A stretch of DNA of 64,000 bases from an uncultured Acidobacteriota bacterium (lineage in GTDB: Bacteria > Acidobacteriota > Thermoanaerobaculia > UBA5066 > Gp7-AA6), in contig CAVRRE010000015.1 of NCBI GenBank assembly GCA_963723535.1, forward strand, positions 105,445 through 169,444, read 5' to 3'. The notes under the pieces were generated by a model that was not told the DNA's origin, searched no databases, and saw only the letters and a list, made by a program, of their open reading frames with translations. The stretch's first letter is position 1, and every line of letters begins with the position of its first letter. Of the stretch, positions 51,257 through 61,970 are shown in pieces. The position numbers and the translations under genes were made by a program.

Positions 51257-53396
51257 TGGCGGAATCGCCGGAATCTTCGCCGCTCTTGTCCCGGCGGTCG
51301 CTCTCCGCCCTCGTTTCGGCGGCCGAGCCTTCAGGCCGCGACGCCCGTTTCGCCTCCGGTCGTCGAGTATCGGATCGAGGTCGCCCTCGACCCGGCAACG
51401 AAAATCCTGAAGGGCCGGGAGCGGCTGACTGGCGCAATCCGTCGTCCGACGCGGTCGAGCGAGCTGCGTTTCCACATGTACCTGAATGGCTTCAAGAGCG
51501 GGCGGACGACGTTCATGCGCGAGTCCGGAGGGCGGCTGCGCGGCGACAAGGCGCGGCCACGAGTCCGAAGACTGGGGCTGGATCGACGTCTCCTCCATGA
51601 AGACGGTCCGGCGGCGACGGAGCTTCGGCCCGGGGCCCGCTTCGTCCAGCCCGACGGCAACGATCCCGAGGACCAGACGGTCCTCGCCGTCCCGCTGTCC
51701 TCGCCCCGTGCCTCCCCGCGGCGAGATCACGCTCGACATCGTGTTCGAGGCGAAGCTGCCGAAGATCTTCGCCCGCACCGGATTCATCCGCGACTACTTC
51801 CTGGTCGGTCAGTGGTACCCGAAACTCGGGGTCTACGAGCCGGCCGGGATGCGGGGGCGCGCCGCCGGCGGCTGGAACTGCCACGCGTTCCACGGCCACT
51901 CCGAGTTCTACGCCGACTTCGGAAACTTCGACGTGTCGATGACCGTGCCGTCCCGTTTCGTCGTCGGCGCGACCGGGAAAGCGCGTCGGCGAAACGCAGA
52001 TCCGGCGACTCCACCACGTACCGTTACGTCCAGGAGAACGTCCACGACTTCGCCTGGACGGCGGATCCCGCGCTTCCGGATCGTCGACTTCACGTTCGAT
52101 CCCGCGCGCGACATCCCGGCCGGGCTGGGCCGCCCTGGCGTCCCGCGAGCTGGGCCGGCCCGAGAGCGACCTCGCGCTGAAGCCCGTGCGCGTCCGGTTG
52201 CTTCTTCAGCCGGATCACGGTGGAGCCCGCGAGCGCTACATCCGCTCCACGAAGGAGGCTCTCGTCGTACTACGGCCTCTGGTTCGGCGCCTACCCCTAC
52301 GAGACGCTGACGATCGTCGACCCGCCGGATGACGGCATGGGCTCGGGCGGGATGGAGTACCCGACCTTCGTAACGGGCGGCCTCGCGAACGCCTACCTGA
52401 CCCGCTGGCCGTTCACGAAGGTCCGCGGGATCGAGGTCGTGACGATCCACGAGGTCGGCCACCAGTGGTGGTACGGGATGGTCGGCTCGAACGAGTTCGA
52501 GGAGTCCTGGCTCGACGAGGGGCTCAACGACGACTCCGAGGCCCGGGCCATGACGCTGGCCTACGGCGGGCGCGACATCATCCAGCTCCCCGGCGGGATC
52601 GGGATCGACTCGATCTCCTACCGGAGGCTCTATTACACGCGCCTGCCGAACCTCGATCCGATTCGAAGGTGCGCCTGGTGCTACTCGTCGGGCTTTTCCT
52701 ACGGCGTCAACTCGTACATGAAGGTCGGTCTCTTCATGGCGCAGCTTCGCAACGACCTCGGCCCCACCGTTTTCGCGCGCGCCCAGCGGGCGTTCTTCGA
52801 CGAGTGGTCCTTCCGCCACCCCTCGACCGAGGACTTCTTCCGCACGTTCGAGCGCGTGGCCGGCCGCGACCTCTCGACGTATCGGCCGATCGTCGACGGA
52901 ACCGGCCAAGCTCGACTGGGAGACCGTGACGGCGAAGAGCCAGCGCATCCTCCCGGCGGAAGGCGTCTTCGACCGGCCGGAGGGGCGCGTCACGCTCGAA
53001 GACGGCCGGGTCGTGCTTCCCGCCAAGGACACGACGAAGAAGGAGGCCGAGCCCGAGGTCTATTCGAGCCTCGTACTCTTCGGCAACACCGGGGACTGGC
53101 TGCACGGCGCCAGCGCCCGGATCGCCTTCGAAGACGGAACGATCCTCGAGCGCGAGCTGCCGGCCGCGGCGAAGTGGGTCCGCTACGAGATCCGGTACAA
53201 GTCCCGTCTCGCCTGGGCGGTCGTCGATCCGGAGCGGAGGAACGTCTGGGACTGGAACCGCGTGAACGACTCGAAGGTGCTCCGCTCCGGAGAGGGCGCC
53301 GCAAAGGTGCTCTCGAAGCGCGCGCCGGCCAAGTACACGGGATTCGCCGCGTGGCTGTCGGGGCTCCTCAGCCAGCTGGCCTGGACGCTCGCATGA
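51257..53396 (+). CDS. M1-family zinc metallopeptidase (aminopeptidase-N-like gluzincin), multiple frameshifts; start approximate
   Basis: PVVEYRIEVALDPATKILKGRERLT...ELRFHMYLNGFKSGRTTFMRE...; ITLDIVFEAKLPKIFARTGFIRDYFLVGQWYPKLGVYEP...HAFHGHSEFYADFGNFDVSMTVPSRFVVGATGK; GMEYPTFVTGG...VVTIHEVGHQWWYGMVGSNEFEESWLDEGLN (HExxH-x18-E). C-terminal domain to ...WLSGLLSQLAWTLA*. Confidence 0.75.
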
Positions 53397-53397
53397 C

Positions 53398-54350
53398 GTG
53401 GGCCCGGGAATGAGGAGTCTCGCGGCCGGCTTTCGGGCGCTTTCGCACGGCAAGCTGATCCTGCTGCTGGCGCTCACGGCCGCGCTGATCGGCCTGAGCG
53501 CGGCGATGCCCCTCGGGCCCGCGTTGTCGGCCGACGTCGGCGACACCTTCGCCGGCGACCACTTCCTGCGCAACCACCCGACGTTCGCGCCCGAGCGACT
53601 TCGTCGACTTCGCCCGGGAGAACGCGGCCGCCCTCGCGGGAGTCGCGGCCGGCGCCCGATTCGGCGCCGTCCTGTCGGTGATCCTCCAGATGTTCTTCGC
53701 CGGCGGAATCGTCGTCGTGCTCGGCCGCGGCGACTTCACGTTCGGCCAGTTCTTCGAGCCGGCGCGCCGAAACTTCTGGCACAACGCAAAGTGCTTCTTC
53801 CTCTTCGCCGTCCTGCTCGGGGTCGTCTTCGGGGCGGTCCTGAGCGCCGCCTACGCCGTCGACAAGAAGCTCCTCGCCGAGGCCCCTCCGGACGCCGCCG
53901 CCGGCGCTCTCTTCGATTGGGGCGTCGCGGATCGTCGCCGTGCTCCTGTGGGGAGCGCTCTCGCTGCTCTACGACTTCGCCCGGGCGGCCCGCCGGTACG
54001 CTCCCTCGATCGGCGCCTGGCGGGCGTACGGCTTCGCCCGGCGGGCGCTGCGGGGCTCCTGGATCCGGGGCCTCATCCTCTACCTGTTCTGGCTCCTGCT
54101 CGGCGGAGCCGCGTGGCTCGGCCTCGATCGCCGCGGCCTGGTACGATGCCGGCGGCCTCCCCCGGCGCGATCGGCCTGCTCTTCCTGCTGCAGTTTCTTT
54201 CGCTCTACGTCCGCTCGGCGGTCCGCGTGGCGACCTGGGGCTCGTACCTCGAGTTCCTCGACCACCGCGCGCCGGGAGCGCTGGCGCGGGCCGGGAAATC
54301 GGGCTCCGGCGGCCGGTGCGCGTTTCGAGCCGGTGCGACTGGCCGGCTAG
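53398..54350 (+). CDS. hypothetical polytopic membrane protein, frameshifted; boundaries uncertain
   Basis: GTG directly after the M1 peptidase stop. MRSLAAGFRALSHGKLILLLALTAALIGLSAAMPLGPAL...; ILQMFFAGGIVVVLGRGDFTFGQFFEPARRNFWHNAKCFFLFAVLLGVVFGAVLSAAYAV; LWGALSLLYDFARAARRYAPSIGAWRAYGFARRALRGSWIRGLILYLFWLLLGGAAWLGLD. Confidence 0.35.
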
Positions 54351-55540
54351 CGCCCCGCCCAGTCCGCGATTCGCCGGACGCCTTCGCGGATGCGGTCGGT
54401 GCGCGTGGCGAAGGAGAAGCGCACGCAGCGGTCCGCGCCGAAGGCGTCGCCCGGCACCGTGGCGACGTGGGCCTCGGCCAGCAGGCGGTCGCAGAAGCCG
54501 GCCGATCCCGCGACGCCCTTGGGGCCGTAGAGCGCCGAGACGTCGGCGAAGGCGTAGAAGGCGCCCTCGGGCATCGGACAGCGGACGCCCGGGATCGCAC
54601 GCGAGCCCCTCGACCATGGCCGTCCGGCGGGTCTCGTAGTGGGACAGCATCTCGGCCACCGACGCCGGACGAGTCCTCGAGGCCGGTCAGGGCCTCCAGC
54701 GCGGCCGCCTGGGAGATCGACGAGGCGTTCGACGTCGTGTGGCTCTGGTAGGACGTCATGGCGAGATGAGCTCCGGCGGGCCGATGGCCCAGCCCAGGCG
54801 CCAGCCCGGTCATCGCGAAGGTCTTCGAGGCCGCGCCGGTCACGACGATCCGCTCGTAGCGCGCCCGGAGGGCCGCCGCCGAGGCGTGGAGACGTCCGTC
54901 GTAGAGGAAGCGGTCGTAGGTCTCGTCGTAGATGAGCCAGGCGTTCCGCGCTCGGCGCACCAGTCGACGATCCGCGACAGCTCCTCGGCGTCCGTCACGG
55001 CGCCGGTCGGGTTGTTGGGCGAGTTGACGATGACGCCGCGCACGGCGCCGCCGCCCGCGGCCGACGAGGGCGCCGCGCCGTCGGATGCCAGCCGTCCTCG
55101 AGCCTCGTCTCGACGAACCGGGGCTTGGCTCCCGTCAGGCGGACCATCTCGGGAAAGGACACCCAGTAGGGCGAGAAGAGCGCGACGTCGTCGCCCTCGT
55201 CGAAGAGGGCCATGCAGACGTTGAAGACGGCCTGCTTGGCGCCGGCCGTCACGATCACGTTGTCCCGCCGGATTTCCGCGGACTGCTCCCGCGCGTACTT
55301 CGCCGCGATCGCGTCGCGCAGGGCCGCCTCGCCGGCCACGTCCGTGTACTTGGTCCGGCCGCCCTCGATCGCCCGCATGCCGGCGCGCCCGACGTGGTGG
55401 GGCGTCGCGAAGTCGGGCTCGCCGATCGAAAGGTCCACGACGTCGACGCCCGAGGCCGCGAGGGCCTTGGCTTTCTTGCCGGCGGCGGTCGTGGAGGACG
55501 GCGCGAGGGCCGCGATCCGGCGCGAGAGCCGGAGCTCCAT
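54347..55540 (-). CDS. aspartate/aromatic aminotransferase (class I, PLP), frameshifted
   Basis: MELRLSRRIAALAPSSTTAAGKKAKALAASGVDVVDLSIGEPDFATPHHV...NVIVTAGAKQAVFN...LFSPYWVSFPEMV | ...VIVNSPNNPTGAV... | AWLIYDETYDRFLYDG...IVVTGAASKTFAMTG | ...MPEGAFYAFADVSALYGPKGV...ATVPGDAFGADRCVRFSFATRTDRIREGVRRI. Confidence 0.8.
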
Positions 55541-56744
55541 CAGCGCGTGCCCCTTCCAGGCCCTGCGCGAAGTCGCCGAAGGCGACGAGCTTCTTCTTGC
55601 CGATCACGACGAGCAGGACCTCGAGGGCGATCCAGGCGCCGTACACCCAGATCATCTCGTGGCGCAGGCTCGGGACGGCGAACTGGATCACCCAGAGCGC
55701 GAAGAGTCCCGCGGCCTCGTACCACTCGAGGCTCATCGAGGCGAGGAAGATCCAGCCCAGGAAGGCCTGGAGGATCGTCAGCAGGATCTCGAGCCGCTGG
55801 AACTCGTCGAAGGGCAAGCGGCGACGTGTCGCCGTGGCTCCAGCAGTAGACGACGGCCAGCAGGCCCGACAGCACGCCCCACTGGTTGATGTTGGACGAG
55901 ACCATGTTCATGAGGGCGACCGGCGCCCGCGTGATGCGCCGGGCCCAGACGAAGGCCGAGGTCTTCTCCGGGAACTCCGAGATGAAGGGCGCCACCCACT
56001 GGATGAACACGAACTGCGCTGATGCCGAGGCTGACCGCCACCGAGAGCATCGAGTTCAGGAACGGCTCGGCGACGATGAAGATGATCACGCCGCCCGCCG
56101 ACGAACAGGCCGAGGACGGCCGCCCAGCGCTTCCAGCCCGAGAAGGAGAGGGCCCAGCGCGAGACGGCCGGGATCTCCTCGTCCTCCTCGATCATCTCCT
56201 CCCGCGGCGGGAGCCGCAGGAGCACGATCAGGTAGACGACGTAGGTCGTCGTCAGGACGGCGGCGTCGATCGAGCGACGAGGTTCCCCTTGGCCCAGACG
56301 AGCACGAAGTACTCAGCGGCGGCAGCAGGCCGAGGACCTCGACGGCATGGTCGTCGGTGGAGGTGGATCGCGCCGAGCGGCTTGCCCCGGCGCTTGCGGG
56401 AGGACCACGCGGCGACGGCGTAGATCATGGGCCAGCCGAACCCCGTCAGCAGGCGCAGGCTGCCGGTGAAGTTGGCGATCGCGAGGTGGACCATGTCCGG
56501 GTCCTTGCCGGCCTTCCACGCGATCACGGCCTCGACCGCGAACTCCGGCATCGTCTGGATGAGCGCGAGGATCGCGAGGGCGAGGCCCTGGGAGATCAGG
56601 AACTCGGCGGCCTCGGCTCCCCAGGCCACGACGAAGGCCGCGCCGATCATCGACGGGAACGTCCAGAGCGCGGACCAGGCCGACGCCGGAGGCGCGTTCT
56701 CCGACACGATCGGCGAGCAGCTTCTCGCCGCGAAGCCACTTCAT
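55540..56744 (-). CDS. Ca2+:cation antiporter (CaCA / Na+-Ca2+ exchanger membrane-domain) family transporter, frameshifted
   Basis: MKWLRGEKLLADR..SENAPPASAWSALWTFPSMIGAAFVVAWGAEAAEFLISQGLALAILALIQTMPEFAVEAVIAWKAGKDPDMVHLAIANFTGSLRLLTGFGWPMIYAVAAW... ; second half ...MFIQWVAPFISEFPEKTSAFVWARRITRAPVALMNMVSSNINQWGVLSGLLAVVYCWSHGD | LPFDEFQRLEILLTILQAFLGWIFLASMSLEWYEAAGLFALWVIQFAVPSL (two alpha-repeat regions with G(S/T)xxPE-like motifs). Confidence 0.6.
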
Positions 56745-56760
56745 GGCGCGCGGTTATAGC

Positions 56761-57528
56761 ATGGCCGTCGTGCCGGCCATCGCGTCGCCCGCGAACCCGC
56801 TCGTCCGCGACATCGCGCGCCGCCTGGAGGAGCGCACCCACCTCCTGCTCGAGGGCGAGAAGGCGATCCTCGACGCGGTCGCCGCGGGCATCGCGCTCGA
56901 GCACGTCCTGCACGACGAGAGCGTTCGACCCGGCCGCCTCGCCGCGCTGACCGCCGCCCATCCGCGGCTCGTCTCGCGCGCGGTGCTCGAACGTCTGGCC
57001 GACTCGCGCACGCCCCAGCATCTGCTGGCGGTCGCGCGGCGGCGCGACGTGCCGGTCGCCGAGGTCCTGGCGCGTGAGGGGCCGATCGTCTTCGCCTTCG
57101 GCGTTCAGGATCCCGGCAACCTCGGAGCCATCGTCCGCGTCGTCGAGGCGGCGGGCGGCGCGGGAGTCATCGCCGCTCCGGGGACCGCCGACTTCTTCCA
57201 TCCGCGCGCGGTGCGAGGCAGCGCGGGCAGCGTGCTGCGACTGCCGGTCTCGGGCCGCGTGTCGTTCGAGCCGTTCGCCGCCGACGCGAAGGCGGCGGGG
57301 CGGCCGCTCTGCGGGGCGACCGCGGCGGGCGGAGAGAACGCGTTCGAGGCTCCGCTCGACCCGCGCTCCGTGCTCGTCATCGGGGCGGAGGGCACGGGCC
57401 TGCCCGCCGGCGCCTACCGCTATCTCGACCGCAGGCTCACGATCCCGATGCGGGACCCCGTGGATTCTTTGAACGCGGCGGTCGCCACGGCGCTCCTGCT
57501 CTACTCGCCGGCCCTCCGCCGCCCTTAG
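56761..57528 (+). CDS. TrmH/SpoU-family RNA 2'-O-methyltransferase, intact
   Basis: MAVVPAIASPANPLVRDIARRL...IVFAFGVQDPGNLGAIVRVVEAAGGAGVIAAPGTADFFHPRAVRGSAGSVLRLP...VLVIGAEGTGLP...LTIPMRDPVDSLNAAVATALLLY (SPOUT motifs). Confidence 0.8.
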   Translation: MAVVPAIASPANPLVRDIARRLEERTHLLLEGEKAILDAVAAGIALEHVLHDESVRPGRLAALTAAHPRLVSRAVLERLADSRTPQHLLAVARRRDVPVAEVLAREGPIVFAFGVQDPGNLGAIVRVVEAAGGAGVIAAPGTADFFHPRAVRGSAGSVLRLPVSGRVSFEPFAADAKAAGRPLCGATAAGGENAFEAPLDPRSVLVIGAEGTGLPAGAYRYLDRRLTIPMRDPVDSLNAAVATALLLYSPALRRP

Positions 57529-57596
57529 GCTTCGGCGGCGTCATCCGCCGCGCCGCGCGGGGCGACCACCTTCTTCTGCCGGTTTCCGATCCCCTT

Positions 57597-58160
57597 CATT
57601 CCGAGAACACCTCCGCGCGGAAGGCCCAGAGCTTCGCGCCCCGGCTCCCGCCAGGCGTCGGGCGGAAGGCCCGCCTTGCGCGCGACTTCCTCGACGAACC
57701 TTCCCGCGTCGAAGCCCCACTCGGTCGCGACCTGCGGCAGGAGAAGGCCCCGCCGGCCGCGGCTTTCCAGGATCAGGCCGTCGCGCCCGATCTCGATCTC
57801 TTCCGGCCCCGCGATCGGCTCCGGGCGGCGTCAAGCACCGAGATCTCGATCTCGCAGATCGACAGCTCGTCGGAGCACGAGGGGCGGAAACCGCGGGTCC
57901 TCCAGCGCGGCGCGCAGGGCGTACTCGGCGATTCCGCGCGTGAGATCGCCGTGGGGCGCGAGCGTGCCGATGCAGCCGCGCAGCTCGCCCTGCTTGCGCA
58001 GCGTCACGAAGAGGCCCCGCGCCTCCCCGAACGCCTCGGCCCGGTCGGAGGCGAGGCGCGGCGGCGGCTCCCCGCGAAAGTGCGCCTCGAGCGCTTCGCG
58101 CGCGAGCGCCAGGAGATCCTTGCGGCCCTGCTCCGAGAGAGCGCGCGGGAGCTCCCTCAT
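57597..58160 (-). CDS. AMMECR1-domain protein (AmmeMemoRadiSam system protein A-like), one frameshift near 57830
   Basis: MRELPRALSEQGRKDLLALAREALEAHFRGEPPP...RGLFVTLRKQGELRGCIGTLAPHGDLTRGIAEYALRAALEDPRFPPL | ...EIEISVLDAAPEPI...GRDGLILESRGRRGLLLPQVATEWGFDAGRFVEEVARKAGLPPDAWREPGAKLWAFRAEVFSE* (read manually). Confidence 0.7.
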
Positions 58161-58164
58161 GATG

Positions 58165-58805
58165 TCAGGCGGGCGCCTCGGACGCCGTGCGCGAGGCCGG
58201 GAGCGACGCGAGGAACTCGGCGATGGTCTCGCCGAGGATCTCCAGCTCGCCCTCGAAGAAGTGACCCGCGCCGGGGATCACGACCATGCGATGCTCGGGC
58301 GCGCCGGCCAGGAACCGTTCGAGCTCCGCGAGGCGGCCCGTAACGTGTCGTTCTCCCCCACGACGAAGAGCGAGCGCACGTCCGGACGCGGGACCAGGCG
58401 TCCCGACTCGGTCGCGAGCGGCAGTCCGAGCGCGATGAAGGTCTCGAGGCGCCGATCGCTGGGCGCAGGCCTTCAATCCCACCGCCGATCCGAACGAGAA
58501 ACCTCCCGCGACGATCGGAAGCCCCGCGGTCCGCTCGGCTTCGTCGAGGGCCGCGCGGAAATCCTCCACCTCTCCGCGGCCGCGTCGTAGCGGCCCTCCG
58601 ACAGACCCACGCCGCGGAAGTTGAACCGCAGCGTGTCGTATCCCGACCGGGTCAGGGCCTGCGCCGCACGGTAGACGACCTTGTTGTGCATCGTGCCGCC
58701 GTGAAGCGGGTGCGGGTGCGCGAAGACGGCGGTTCCCCGCCGGGGTGTCGCGTCCGACGCCTCCTTCCAGAGGCCCTCGAGGGACCCGACGGGCCCTCGG
58801 AACAT
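58165..58805 (-). CDS. alpha/beta-hydrolase (dienelactone-hydrolase-like), frameshifted
   Basis: MFRGPVGSLEGLWKEASDATPRRGTAVFAHPHPLHGGTMHNKVVYRAAQALTRSGYDTLRFNFRGVG... | ...VEDFRAALDEAERTAGLPIVAGGFSFGSAVGL (GxSxG) ...RMVVIPGAGHFFEGELEILGETIAEFL. Confidence 0.65.
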
Positions 58806-58926
58806 CACCGATCGAAGCCTGCCGGCCACGCGCGTCCTCCTCGCGGTTGGCGAATCGCCCGACTCATCGTATCCTTCCGGCCGTCCCGACGGCATCCGCA
58901 ACGCCCCGCGCTCACAGGAGAACGCG

Positions 58927-59990
58927 ATGAAGAAGATCGTCCACATCGTCGGTACCGGCACGATCGGGGAGCCCCTGATCGGGCTCTTCACGGACTTCGG
59001 CCGGCACCTCGGCATCGACGAGGTGACGTTCCACAAGCGCACGCCGATGATCACCGAGAAGGCCAAGGTGAACCACCTCCTCGAGCGCGGAGCCAGGATC
59101 GCCGTGGACTCCGACAAGATCGCCGACTTCGAGGCCCTCGGCCACCGGGTCGCGTACGAGGCGGGCGCCGCTCTCGAGCGGGCCACGGTCGTCATCGACT
59201 GCACGCCGGCGGGAAACGAGAACAAGAAGGTCTACGAGAAGGTCTCGGGGCCGAAGGGGTTCCTCGCCCAGGGGAGCGAGTTCGGGTTCGGAAAGATGTT
59301 CGCGATGGGCATCAACGACGAGGCCCTCGTGCCCGGCGAGGACCGCTTCCTCCAGATCGTCTCCTGCAACACGCACAACATCTCGTGCACTGATCAAGAC
59401 GCTCGGCTCCAACGACGCGGGCGCCCGGATCCTGACGCGCGGGCGGTTCGTGTGCATGCGCCGGGCGAACGACATTTCGCAGGACTCGGGGTTCGCGCCC
59501 GCGCCCTCGGTCGGCAAGCACGACGACCCCGATTTCGGGACCCACCATGCCCGCGACGCGTCGGCCCTGCTGTCGACGATCGGCTGGAATCCGCCGATCT
59601 TCTCCTCGGCGATGAAGATGAACACCCAGTACATGCACGCCGCTCTGGTTCGACATGGATGTTTCGGAGCCGACGACGAAGGAGAAGGTTCTGGCGCGCC
59701 TGCGGGCCAACCGCCGGATCGCGCTGACCGAGCGCCGGTCCGCGAATCAGATCTTCTCCTTCGGGCGCGACCACGGTTACTACGGCCGGATCCTGTCCCA
59801 GGCCGTGATCTCGACGCCGACGATCTCGGTCCGCGGCGGCAACGAGATTCTCGGGTTCTGCTTCACTCCGCAGGACGGCAACTCGCTGGCCTCTTCCATC
59901 CACGCGGCCCTCTGGCTCATGGATCCGGACCCGAAGGGGATCCACGAGCGCATGGCGGTGCTGGACCGATTCTTCTTCCGGGAAATCTGA
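58927..59990 (+). CDS. type II (archaeal-type) glyceraldehyde-3-phosphate dehydrogenase-like NAD(P)-dependent dehydrogenase, frameshifted
   Basis: MKKIVHIVGTGTIGEPLIGLF (Rossmann) ...VVIDCTPAGNENKKVYEKVSGPKGFLAQGSE...QIVSCNTHNISC (catalytic Cys in an SCNT context) | ...RFVCMRRANDISQDSGFAPAPSVGKHDDPDFGTHHARDASALLSTIGWNPPIFSSAMKMNTQYMHAALV | ...QIFSFGRDHGYYGRILSQAVISTPT. The overall order resembles archaeal-type GAPDH (gapII) rather than bacterial GapA. Confidence 0.5.
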
Positions 59991-60069
59991 AGCGGCGGAC
60001 GCGGCCGTCACTCGACCGGCTCCGTACTTCCGTCACATTGACTTCGGGCTGATCGGTTACCATGACGCC

Positions 60070-61003
60070 ATGGCCTGGGTGACGTGCCCGCACTGCGGGT
60101 TTACGCAGATCCCTGCCGCGCGGTGTCTGAAATGCAAGAAGGAGCTGGACCGGCTGCGCGACGGCGAACCGGCGGCTCCGGCCGGTGCGGCGACCGGCGC
60201 GAACCCCGCGGCGGCCGCGGGCTTGCCGGGCTCGCCAGCATCCCCCGCGTGTATCTGCTGGGATTCGCGGCTCTCGCCCTCGCCATCATCACCGGCGTTC
60301 TCGTCTGGGGCTCGCGCACCGTCGGTCACCACCGACCTCGGCCCGCCTCCCGCGTCCACGACCCCCGAGCCCTGGACCCTGGACCTGACCGGGCGCTGGC
60401 AGGGCAAGATCGCGACGACGATCGCCGGCACGCCGTCCCGCCCCGCGCTCCGCGAGATGTTCGTCGAGACCGACCGCTCGGGCAACGTCGTCGGCGCCGG
60501 AGTGACCCTGACCGATCCCGGCCGCGGCGGAGCGGGCGCCGGCTACCTGACGGTCCCCGACGGCGGCCGCCGCGTCCGCGAGCTGGCCTCGGCTCTCGTC
60601 GCGTCGCCGGCGGGCGCCTCGCTGACGCTCGACTTCATCCCCTATCGCGCCCTGGGTGCCCCGGCGCGACCGCAGCTGGCGCGCGGTCGAGGGGCTCCGC
60701 CGGACCCCCGACGAGACCGCGTATCTCCTGCTCGAGTCCCGGGAGCCGGACTACCTCATCCAGGCGGGCGTCAACGCCACCGGATTTCTGTCCTACCTCT
60801 ACCTCTCGCCGGCCTACGCCTCCGGGCGCGGCACCGACGCGCTCTCGAAGGTGATCCACCCGGGCCCCGACAGCTCCCTCCGCGGATTCCGCAACCTCGT
60901 CTGGGACCTCTCAGGCTCGGCCGACTTCGTGACCCTCCAGGTCGCGGCCACGATCTCGGGTCCCGCGGGCTCCGCCGACCGGATCACGCTCCGCCGCCAG
61001 TAG
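60070..61003 (+). CDS. hypothetical protein with N-terminal zinc-ribbon (CxxC-x10-CxxC), one TM helix and a C-terminal soluble domain; frameshifted
   Basis: MAWVTCPHCGFTQIPAARCLKCKKELDRL...; TM helix SIPRVYLLGFAALALAIITGVLVWG (alternative frame); soluble domain ...TPEPWTLDLTGRWQGKIATTIAGTPSRPALREMFVETDRSGNVVGAGVTLTDPG... | ...AYLLLESREPDYLIQAGVNATGFLSYLYLSPAYASGRGTDALSKVIHPGPD...FVTLQVAATISGPAGSADRITLRRQ*. Confidence 0.4.
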
Positions 61004-61013
61004 GCGCCGAGGA

Positions 61014-61823
61014 CTACACCGAGACGACGTACCCCCCGCTCTTCGCGTCCTTCTTCATCGAGAGGATGCCGTGGCGCTCGGCGTCCTCCAGGAGCTCCGA
61101 GAACGACTTGTAGCCGTAGTACGACTCGTTGAAGTACGGCTGCTTGCGCTGCATCGTCTGCTTGACCATGGAGCCCCAGATCACGTCGTAGTTCTCGCGG
61201 CGGAGCGCCTGGATCGAGTCGAGCACGAGGCGGAAGACTTCCTGCTTCTTCTTCGGAAGGTTGTCGATCGAGGGCAGCGCGCGCGTCTCGCGGACGAGGT
61301 CCTCGTAGAAGATGAACTCGTCGCAGTTGGAGATGAGCAGGTTCGAGGTCGAGTTCTTGACTCCCACCCCGATCACGCTCTTGTCGTTCTCCTTCAGCTT
61401 CGAGACGAGCGGCGAGAAGTCCGAGTCGCCCGAGCAGATCACGAAGGTCGTGATGTGGCCCTTCGAGGCGACGAGGTCCATCGCGTCGACGACCATCCGG
61501 ATGTCGGCCGAGTTCTTGGCCGAGTAGTTGCGCTGCGGGATGTCGATCAGCTCGATCGCGGCCTCGTGGAACTCGCGCTTGTACTCGGAGTAGCGCGTCC
61601 AGTCGGCGTAGGCCTTCTTGAACACGATCCGGCCCTTCTCGATGAGCCGCTGGAGCACGAGGTGGATGTCGAACTTCTTGTACTGCGCGTCGCGCACGCC
61701 GAGCGCGATGTTCTCGAAGTCGATGAAGAGCGAGAGCCGCTGGTCGACCGCGGTGCGCGTCGGCGGGCCGGAGGTGACGCTCAGCGGGGCGGCCGGGGCC
61801 GCCGTCGGCACCGGCATCGGCAT
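61014..61823 (-). CDS. NYN-domain (LabA-like) protein with C-terminal OST-HTH/LOTUS domain, intact; the start may lie further upstream near 61975
   Basis: ...QRLSLFIDFENIALGV...IVFKKAYADW...DIRMVVDAMDLVASKGHITTFVICSGDSDFSPLVSKLKENDKSVIGVG (NYN acidic residues), then ...KKKQEVFRLVLDSIQALRRENYDVIWGSMVKQTMQRKQPYFNESYYGYKSFSELLEDAERHGIL (LOTUS). Confidence 0.75.
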   Translation of the reverse strand: MPMPVPTAAPAAPLSVTSGPPTRTAVDQRLSLFIDFENIALGVRDAQYKKFDIHLVLQRLIEKGRIVFKKAYADWTRYSEYKREFHEAAIELIDIPQRNYSAKNSADIRMVVDAMDLVASKGHITTFVICSGDSDFSPLVSKLKENDKSVIGVGVKNSTSNLLISNCDEFIFYEDLVRETRALPSIDNLPKKKQEVFRLVLDSIQALRRENYDVIWGSMVKQTMQRKQPYFNESYYGYKSFSELLEDAERHGILSMKKDAKSGGYVVSV

Positions 61824-61970
61824 CGGCCGGCGGGCGCCGGGGCCTCCTCGCCGGCCGGGGCGGGGCTCGGCCGAAACTCTTGTGCCTCCGGGCGCCGCCT
61901 CGGCGGCGGCGGGAGGGCTTCCTTTCCGGTTCCCCGACCTCGGCCGCGGGGAACGGAACCGTGTCGTCCA

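Noticed and set aside
57541-57834. 97-aa Arg/Gly/Pro-rich minus-strand ORF in the TrmH-AMMECR1 gap
   Set aside because: It is a low-complexity artefact. The same region in the -1 frame encodes the conserved C-terminal half of the AMMECR1 protein.
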